This document shows positions 54,347 through 64,000 of a stretch of DNA of 64,000 nt, piece after piece. Source of the DNA: Octopus sinensis (Eukaryota); contig NC_043012.1 in the NCBI RefSeq assembly GCF_006345805.1, positions 47,492,001 to 47,556,000 on the forward strand, written 5' to 3'. Every line of letters starts with the position of its first letter. Within the stretch, counting starts at the first letter, position 1. The notes beneath the pieces were generated by a model. That model did no database searches and was not told the DNA's origin. It saw only the letters and a list, made by a program, of their open reading frames with translations. The position numbers and the translations under genes were made by a program.

Positions 54347-56022
54347 GGAATAACATATATATACGTATATATATATATATATATAATATATATATATATA
54401 TATTATATATATATATATATAGCGTGAGAGGAGGAGAAAGAGAGTGAGGGAGAGAGGGCGAGAAAAGCAGGGAGATCTTTGACGGAAACAGGGTTAGAGC
54501 ACCAAACAGAAAGACTCTGCTCATTCCATGGATTCGCTATTTCCATTCCTAGTTTACGTAACATTTTATGCCCAAGGTTCTCTTTTGTGTAACTTAATGT
54601 CAAACATTAACATTCGCCAAATAATCAGCGTAATTTGACACTAATATATGTATACTGCCATCTACTTTATATCATACTATATGGCGGAACGATTTAGAAT
54701 CAACCCCTACAATATTTATCTCAAAAATTCCACTGTGTGTATAGGTATTTAACTGAATTATTTTTCATATGCTAATGACTGCATAGGTTTTTAATGAATG
54801 TACATACAACAACAAGGTACATGTTCGTTTTCCTTTTCATAACAGTAATTGCATAACCGAAGACAAATTCACACATTGAATGGATACGAATAATGAGCTG
54901 AGCGAAACTGAAACAAAGAGATGTATTAAATTATACTGCGTTGCTAAAGGGGCTTTAAACTACAGCATGGATGTTTTACGCTCTTCATTGCCAAGGAGAA
55001 ATATTAATTACATGTTCATGACTAACTCTAAAATCCTCTATAGAATTCACGTTTGCAAACAGATGTGAAATCGGAATAAAGCTCATATGTGCTGTGGAGT
55101 TGTAAGATAAGAGTATAATATTTTCATCCATATGTTCAATGGAATATACAAGCTACAAGCTCCATTGTGTTTTGATGTTTCTAAAAGCCATCGTTGCAAT
55201 CCCTTGATGTATATTAGTTATTTGTTGTTTGCGATAAAAACGTAATTAGTAATACTATCTACTCCGTCCTTCCGATAATGAAGAGAGCAATTGTGAAAGG
55301 TCGAAGTTGTTAAACAGATTAAGTCATTGGAATCCTTGTCGGCTATCTAATAGGATCGACATAATTCTATCATAGCTTGATTAATAGAATTAGACACTGT
55401 GCTTTGATATAGTCACTATGGCCGCTTTCCACGTTAGATTGATAGCGCTTTGATCTTGAGGAAATGTGTCAGAAGAGAACAAAATCTGTAAAACAGCTAT
55501 CATCAAGACACACAGATTTAACGGTAATCGACTACGAGAGTAGAAAAAATACATTAAGTAATTGCATAATTAAATAAATATTTTTCTCGGTATCATATAC
55601 ATATAAACATACACACACAAATCACAAACACACATGTGCAAAGAGAGTGAGGAAGACAGAGAGAGACAGACAGACAGGGACAGAGAAAGAGAAAAAGAGA
55701 GAGAAAGAGAGAGACAAGAGTGAACTAGAGAGAGAATAGTGCACATACGTATATACGCATAAATGTATATATACATATATCGATGTACGTATTTTACTGA
55801 TGTATATTTGGGATTATAGGTGTAAAACATCAAATACATCAATAAATCCAATAAAACCCCCAAGGAAGAGGTATGCAGCATCTATTATACACTATAGATT
55901 ACCAATAGGAATATAGCGTATACGTATAGCAATACTAGTATACACATAAGTTACAATGTATACTTGCCAATGTAGACAGACGGATAGACACACAGACACA
56001 CATACACACACAACCACATGTA

Positions 56023-56118
<96 letters not shown>

Positions 56119-56182
56119 CACATAAATAAATATATATATAATATATATATATATATACATATATATATAATATCGATGTATG

Positions 56183-56216
<34 letters not shown>

Positions 56217-56430
56217 ATGTATATATATACACATAAATAAATATATATATATATTATATATATATATATATTATATATATATATATATATATAATATTAT
56301 ATATATATATATGCATATATATAAGGTAGACAATGGAAACAGATATAATAATCATTTATTTATTTATCAGAATCAAATTTGAGACTGGATTGATATCTAC
56401 CCGGATTTTTCTCCTACTTGCTTATATATA

Positions 56431-56470
<40 letters not shown>

Positions 56471-56533
56471 GAAATATTAAAATTACTAAGTCTCTCTAAA
56501 GGAGATTACGGCAGCGTTACTGGATATTAATAT

Positions 56534-56874
56534 TTATCGCCATACTAATATGGCAGTCTAAATATAAGACTAAAGCTGTCGCTGATTAGCTCCAAGAGGC
56601 CATCGCTTCTAGCTAGCTATATGACACACGAACCTGCGTCCATTACAACCTTCGAACAGGGGAGGTCAGCCGCTTCACCTTGCTAGTCAGACATCCCTGA
56701 AACATGTCTGCAGATGTCTGACTAGCAAGATAAAGCAGCTGACCTCCCCTGTTCGAAGGTTGTAATGGACGCAGGTTCGTGTGTCATAGAGGTAGCTAGA
56801 GGCGATGGCCTCTTGGAGCTAATCAGCGACAGCTTTAGTCTTATATTTAGACTGCCATATTAGTATGGCGATAA
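56534..56874. repeat. Long near-perfect palindrome (~162-bp arms, 17-nt spacer) near (TA)n arrays
   Basis: 56534-56695 is the reverse complement of 56713-56874 with about 6 mismatches counted by eye. The spacer contains GAAACATGTC. Confidence 0.95.
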
Positions 56875-57700
56875 CTATTAATATATATATATATATAACT
56901 GAGGAAACTTAGATTACATGGACTCAAAGAATTAGAGGGGTGTAATCTGAGAAATTTGTATAATTGTTTCCAATTCTCTTCACTAGGATTCCCGTTATAG
57001 CCACTCTTTGCCTTGCTGACTTGTTTGTCGTTAAAGATATCGTAGTGTAAGTTCAAATCATTTGGGCGCTATTGAGAGTTTTCTATACTGAGATTCTCTC
57101 GATATCATCTGTTGATTCTATATATATATATATATATATATAGATAACTGGATGTATGTAATACTGAGAAACTTTAAAGTAGTACATCCGCAGACCTAAG
57201 TTTTATTCATTCTCTTAACAAGGAATTAAATTCATTAAGCTTGCTTTACTTTGAATTTTAGCATGAAACCTTACACTTCGTAATTCCTTTTGATAAGAGA
57301 AAATTGAAGTGATTGACTCTTGTGATAATATTCGTGCCCGAAATACAAACATATCTCAGTATAATCTGATTTCAGCTACTTTGGTATAGAGTATTTCTGC
57401 TTAAGTATTACCAGTACGACTTTTGTGAGTTATTCCATTCCATATATGGAAACGATTGTTCATTCAGTTGAATGAAGCAGCCGTTATGCTGTCTATCTAC
57501 CTACTAGAAATTGCAATCAAATCCTTCTGAAAGAAAATTATGAAATTTGTAGAACCCATAACTGAACATAATCCAGAATACACTCTGCTAAAGAAAATAT
57601 TAGATAGAGATACTTAGATTACTTTTAATCATGCATGATTAGAAAACTGAGCTCCCTCTTCATGTATTGAAATTTTATATAACAGTACAACATAATACTC

Positions 57701-57914
57701 GTTTCAAATTTTTGCTGAAGGCCAGCAAGTTTGGAGGAAACGCTTAAGTGGATCTCATCGACCACAGGGTTGACATGATACTTATCTTATCGTTCATGAA
57801 AGGGTGAACGGCAAAGTTGAAACCGGCGTCATATGAAATCAGAACGTAAAGTCGGAAAAAAATGCTGCTAAGTATTTTCCCCGCACGTTAACGACTCTGC
57901 CAGTTCGCTGCCCT
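57701..57914 (-). mobile_element. SINE family B, diverged
   Basis: gaaagggtgaacggcaaagt..tcagaacgtaaag..gctaagtatttt..taacgactctgccagttcgctgccct. Confidence 0.7.
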
Positions 57915-59457
57915 AGTATAACTTAATATTTAATACAATTAATATTGTGAAATCATTATCACTTGAGCACCATCACAAATTTTCTCCTGCTAAATGTTTT
58001 GACCAAAAACCATTCAGTTATATAACGTTGCTTTATGAATTTGTTTATTATATGCTGAATAGACCTTCGTCCACAATTCTGTTATGGGTTAGTACATAAA
58101 TCTGTGTGGTTTAAATTAATGGAAGCCACTAAGGTTAACTTGCACTCTGACCATTTGACACTAACGAATGATAATCTGTGGGTTCAAGTATATAAATGAT
58201 TTCGCGACATCATTTAAATCGCTTTTTTCGAAATGAGTGTAACCTTCACTATTGGTTCCTTTCTAAGCAGTGCTATATTATTTTACTCATATTAATCAAA
58301 ATTGTAGTTTTCAGTTTATATTTTTCTTTATTTTGCGTTATTGATAATTTTTCCAGGTACCTAATAAAGTGAAGAACGACAGCCTAGTAATCAGCAAATT
58401 CTGAAGTCACAACGCATCGCTAATATTCCATCGATTTTATCACATAGCTTATTAATGAATAAAAACATCATGATTATAAGTTGGAAGTAGTATGTTTTAA
58501 TAAGTGTATGTTGTAGCATCCATGTTTCTCCTACACATTTTAATTGCCTAAGTTAAATAAATTTGGAATGTAATTATTAAAACGTCTTCGAAAATAATTT
58601 CATTATTTAAATTATATCAAGTTTGAAGATAGTATTGGAACTTGCCAACAAATAACACAGCACATGTGCATCATTTTTGGATTGAATGAACGGCACTTAG
58701 AAAATAAAATGGTTGTGTATCAAAACTGAGGCACGGTTTCGATTCAACTGTGAAGAAAAGCACTTCAAATACATCCCAACTAAGTGGAATCGCAGCTATT
58801 AGAATTTCCTAAATGTCACCTATAAATTTACTCTTTGTACCTCAGACAGAAATCAATACTTGACAAAACGAATATTGTACTATTTTCATTAAGTCTTTAA
58901 TTAATCTTGAAGAGTCTCCGGTTTCAATTTTAATTCTTGCAGATTTATGGTTTATATCAAAGTAGAAAAAAACGTTACAGACAAAGAAGAAAATAAATAT
59001 AATTATTGTAACATTACAGTAGAGAGAACGATTAACGCTAAATAATAATTATTATTTTCAAGGATATTGTTTTCCTCTGAGCAAACAATGAATCTATAAA
59101 TTTTATGAGAGAGAGATGAGGAAATAGAAGTGTGATACCCAAACATTCCCCATGAATATTAAATGTATACTTGAAGTGCATGTATTTCAGATGGGAATTA
59201 AGAGAGCATTTCTGCTCTGCACGGAGATTAACTCTTGCATTATGAGTATTTTCACGTGAATATTGTATTATATTCCTGTAAATTCTGTATTTCTGTATAT
59301 TACACTACACTTCCCAAAGGTTTGCGCTTTACAGAAAATAATGTTGTACAAAATTGTGAAGGTTTTCTTTGTAGGATTCTTCATTTAAAATGAGGAATTA
59401 TAGTATAGAAACCATGAAAAATTTTAAGCTAATGCTCTAATATACGTGAATGTATTA

Positions 59458-60740
59458 CGAGGGGCGTTCAATAAGTAATGCCCCTGATCCACTTCCCATA
59501 GCAGTAGAGCAACGAAACTTATTAGTCTTTTCCTACATAGGAACCACCCAGAGGTACGCATTTCTCCCATCGTTTGATGCGGCTCTGGAGACCGTTTTTG
59601 TAGAAGAACCCAGCTTGGTCCTCCAACCTCAACGTGACTTCAGAAATCAAGGCTGCATCATCTGGGAAACGCTTTCCTTTCAAAAACAACTTCATGATTG
59701 GGAAGAGGTGAAAATCAGAGGGTGCAAGGTCAGGAAAGTAGGGGGGATGGGGAAGAGTTCATAGCCATACACCTGTGCTTCTGATCTGGCGACAAGCGAG
59801 TTGTGGACCGGAGCGTTGTCCTGCAGGAGGAAGATGCCTTTGCTGATCTTGCCCCGCCTCTTGATTTTGATAACTTCTCTTAATTTCCTCAAGAGTGAAG
59901 CATAATAGGCTCCTGCAATTGTGGTACCCTTTGCCAGGAAATCTGTCATCACTACTCCGTCCTGGTCCCAGAAGACTGTGAGCATGACCTTGCCAGCGGA
60001 GGGCTGCACCCTTGCCTTCTTTGGAGGGGGTGAGTCACGGTGCTTCCACTACATTGACTGGGCTTTGGTCTCCGGATCATCGTGATGGACCCAGGTTTCA
60101 TCTTGTGTAATCAGTCTTTTGAAAAATTTTGACTCATCTTCTTGGCACATCTCCAAATTCACCCTCGAGCACTCGACGCGTTCTTGCTTTTGGAAAGGCG
60201 TGAGCAACCTGGGAATCCATCTGGCAGACACCTTTTGCATATGCAAATGGTCATGAATGATAGTTTCCACAGACCCGGTACTAATCTTGACCTCATGGGC
60301 TATTTGGCGAATAATTATGCGTCGATCTTCCAAAATGGCAGCCTCAACTTGACGGACAGATGCCACATCAATGACAGAAGGGGGCGACCAGATCTGGGAG
60401 CTGTTTCCACAGAGTTCCTACCATGTTTGAATTCACGATGCCAACGTTTTACAAAGTCATATGATGGGGCATCATCACCATAAGTTACTTTCATTTCATC
60501 AAAAGTCTCCCGTGGTGTGCGTCCTTTCAAATACAAAAACCGGATCACTGCTCGACACTCAACAGGCTCCATTTCACACTTGACTCGGTTCAAACACCTG
60601 TAAATCAGAAACCACAATTAATTCAGAGCTGTAATTTTCCACTTACTCTATAGAGATATAAATGATTGCACATGAAAAATTTCAGCTGGATCAAACAACT
60701 GCAAGTGGGTCAGAGGCATTACTTATTGTGACGTCCCTCG
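59458..60740 (-). mobile_element. Near full-length mariner (DD34D) transposon with ~37-bp TIRs and TA TSDs
   Basis: Left ta|cgaggggcgttcaataagtaatgcccctgatccactt; right aagtgggtcagaggcattacttattgtgacgtccctcg|ta. Length ~1.28 kb. Confidence 0.95.
59522..60572 (-). pseudogene. Mariner transposase pseudogene (frameshifts and an in-frame stop)
   Basis: MEPVECRAVIRFLYLKG..PRSGRP / VSARWIPRLLT..ITQDETWVHH / SAGKVMLTVFWD..LLQDNAPVH / PDLAPSDF / RWEKCV...GSYV, split across several supplied ORFs. Confidence 0.93.
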
Positions 60741-61286
60741 TAAAATGCTAATGAAGCGTCAAATGTGTAACACGAACGATAACTCAAAATCTATTAATGC
60801 TGACATTTTCCATCCTGTTTTGGAATGTTTGTAAAGAATACGCTGAGTTCTTATTTTAAGATGAAATAGGGAGCTAAGAAACTTAATATAATATATCGAG
60901 GTTGAATTCACCACTTTTACTGCATTTATTAGTCCTTTACAAATGAGATAGATGTCGCAAATTTCTTACATATACTTTACTGTACGTGCTTTAAGTGAAA
61001 CATCGGTAGAATTTTATTTATCATGACGATGAGCATAGCATATATAATTGGTAGGCTGGTAAAAAGTTATATGTCAAAAAGACATGCACAACATGGAACG
61101 AATGGTCAGCACTTACATATTATCACATCAACGTACTTCATTTTCGCTGCCTAATGTTTTTAATGCCATGTGATCTTACTCCACTATCAATCAGAGTGCA
61201 AAAACAATTATTTTACTAGGTACACATTAGTTGATACCTATATATTTTATTAGAAATTATTTAAATTATGTGTGTGTGTGCGTGTG

Positions 61287-61317
<31 letters not shown>

Positions 61318-63327
61318 ATATATATATATATATACATTCTTGTATATATTTTGGTATATCCGTTTTAAAGCGAAATCCTTCATTCATCACTTTATTTTAA
61401 TCCCTTCAACGCGGAGATGAGGAATTAACTCGCTTCTGTTATATCAATAAGCTAATTTTAAAACAGTGAGTACCGTGAACAGACAGGAGGCGTACTCGTA
61501 ATGAATTGAAATCACCATTCTACATGTGCTAAGCTTTAAAGAACAAAACTGCCACTATCACCTCATCCCCACACACAATCAAATGATTTCGCTTATATCT
61601 ACAGCACATTACAAGAGTTACACTATCCTTCACTATTCATTTTAACATATTCGAGCCTGTGGAACTTGAGGCTTCCGCCCCGGACCCTATCCCTACTCAC
61701 CACTATCGGCGCCGAGGTTGCTGTGTCCGCAAGTGTGAGCCCCGTGAGTCAGGTATTGAATCTACGCCGCCATCCTCTGGGGCAACGCCGCTTCCATTTT
61801 GTCTGCTGGTGCCATGAAAAATATCCTTATATTGTGAGAGGCAAGATTCTCCGTTAATCCGTCTCATTTTACTTAAATCACGTCTCTGGGGACGTGAGGG
61901 CTTGCTATCATAATTTGTAGTCATTTTTCATGCTAAAATATGTAACTTAAACTTTTCCTACTCATTCCTACCCATCCATCACATCTCTTTTCTTCCTAAT
62001 GACTTTCTCTACACATTAAAATGCTAAATCATATTTAACCTTCCTTTTATCAGTATCTGTATACTTGTATATGTCCTTTTGTAAAATATATCTTTAACTT
62101 GATGCATACTTCCGTTTTCTGCAATAGTCTCGTCTCATTATTGCATTATTATTGTTTGTTCCAGAAGAGGAATAAGTAAATTGGATATAGATGAAATCGC
62201 GAAATGTGTTGAGTAATATAACACGCATGTTGTCCATATATGCGAATCTTCAAAATTGTATTGTCCATTTATATCTTCTCATTCCTGACTAAACACTTTG
62301 TATTACCTATATAAGTTCTAAACAGGTAACACTTACCTGTGTTGGTGACGAACTTTCTTCTCTATGATGGAATGTTTTCTCATGCACTATATTCGAGATG
62401 AAAAACTATGCAGAGAAGGGGAAGGAGAAGAAGTAAAATGAGAGGAAGAGGCGAAGGAGGGGAGGAAGCAAATGAGTAGACGCAGAAGAACAGTCCTAAC
62501 AACTACAACAACAGCCACAGTAACTACGATGACGACGGAAAGTAAAGAAGCGGAATTCGTACGAGCCGAAAAAGTAAACGGCAGACACAGCGGTGCAGTA
62601 TTCGGGTTTCAGAGAGTGGGATCGATAACCTGATTTCGATTCATAGAAATGTTTTTCACTTCGAAAATAAATGATTTTGAGAAAGGAATGTTTTGTAAAA
62701 CATAATAGGCCACCTACTCTATATATCTGCGTCGTTATTTGTTGTGTAAAACTCACCAATAATGAAATGGCGTCAAACGGAGAGACAAATCAGGAAGCCA
62801 CTTTCCTTGCTGGGGGTGTATATTCTTGCTTTAAGCAATATGATATCGATTTACTTAGTTTCAAGCAAAGAACAAAAAACAGCAACAAAAGAAAGCAAGT
62901 AAAAGGAAAATGAAAGGTTTCTGCGACATTCATACGATTCCAAATGTATCACTGCTGCGCGACATGGAAATTTATACATAGAATCGAACCCAAGGAATTA
63001 GTTAACTAACAGTGTTTGGCAGCAACGGAAAAATTGAGCGAAAATGAGCGAAGTTGAATAAGATATATATTATGCACATGTCTGAATGTGTTAAATTCTT
63101 TCTATGCAAGCACGTGATTTTGAGCCATTTGCATGGCGTTTTCGTGAAAGTGTTTTATAGAATAGCTGCGCGTTCAACAATTTCTTAGAGAGAAACTCTG
63201 ACGAAAGCCTTTGAATATATATCTGAGTGTGTGTGTGTATAACTGTCTCCCTCTTTGTCTCTCTCTCCCTCTCAATTTCTCCCCCTCCTCTCTCTTTCTA
63301 TATATATATATATATATAGATAGATAT

Positions 63328-63358
<31 letters not shown>

Positions 63359-63745
63359 TATGTATATATATTGTTCTAACCCATTTGAGGTAAGACATTA
63401 TTATTGTTCACTGGTATTTTATCCTATCTTGTCTGTAAAAGATTTGCAACTATTCGGTGGTACAGAAGTATTTTTTTACTTCTATCATTAGCGATATAGA
63501 CACTCATGTAGTACCCTTGTGTATATATGTACATATTTAATATTGTATGTATATATTTTATTAATTTACCTGTACGGCTGATATTTCGCTTACCACTTGT
63601 GATGGTATTTTAATAATACCATCCCTATATTTTTATATATATATGTATTGTATAAAGGATCGTGGGAAGGCCAAAACAATGCGACGTAAATGCAAAGAAA
63701 ATCACAAGAAACCAAATATATGAATTAATGTTGACTTCCCTTGCA

Positions 63746-63779
63746 TTCAATATTTCGGGTATATGACCCTCGTCCTGAA
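63746..63779 (-). ncRNA. Degenerate minimal hammerhead-like motif
   Basis: Reverse complement: ttc-AGGACGA-gggt catat accc-GAAATATT-gaa, with perfect stem II, palindromic AATATT and two core mismatches. Confidence 0.3.
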
Positions 63780-64000
63780 GAAATTAACGAATGTTGCAGA
63801 TGTGCGTATGTGTGAGTGTGTGTATAGACATGCGGGGAAAGTTTTTGCTGCAGCATCCAGCTAGCTTCCTGTAACTCTCTTCTGTTGCTGACAGTTGGTT
63901 TCCTTTGGTGTATAAGGATGGCCTAGGAGATTCTACGATTGCCCCTGTTGCGATCTGTTTCCCTGATGTGTATTGTGAATTCCCGGTTGCATCTTGGAAC

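Noticed and set aside
59522-60572. Domesticated SETMAR-like gene
   Set aside because: The frame is disrupted, TIRs and TSDs are present, and no SET-domain exons are seen.

Overview
AT-rich, repeat-saturated eukaryotic non-coding DNA. The SINE families and the density of (TA)n/(CA)n/(AAT)n suggest a coleoid cephalopod, probably Octopus (inferred from recalled repeat consensus, not from a search). No intact protein-coding gene, rRNA, tRNA gene or CRISPR array can be supported, and most ORFs in the supplied track are microsatellite artefacts. Recognisable content: three tRNA-derived SINE families (about 15 copies), five decayed Tc1/mariner elements (one near full length with TIRs and TA TSDs at 59458-60740), a non-autonomous Helitron, a 560-bp element inserted in (AAT)n, and many Penelope-like element (PLE) remnants (RT and GIY-YIG fragments). 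The most interesting signal is a dispersed set of (TA)n-embedded fold-back elements carrying minimal type-I hammerhead ribozyme (HHR) motifs with palindromic stem III. Four well-formed copies lie in a duplicated palindrome at 1612-3249, several non-canonical core variants recur, and in one palindrome the fold-back point lies 4 nt from a predicted GUC cleavage site. A compact double-pseudoknot candidate and a few weak small-ORF or exon candidates are also flagged. All alignments and folds were done by eye.
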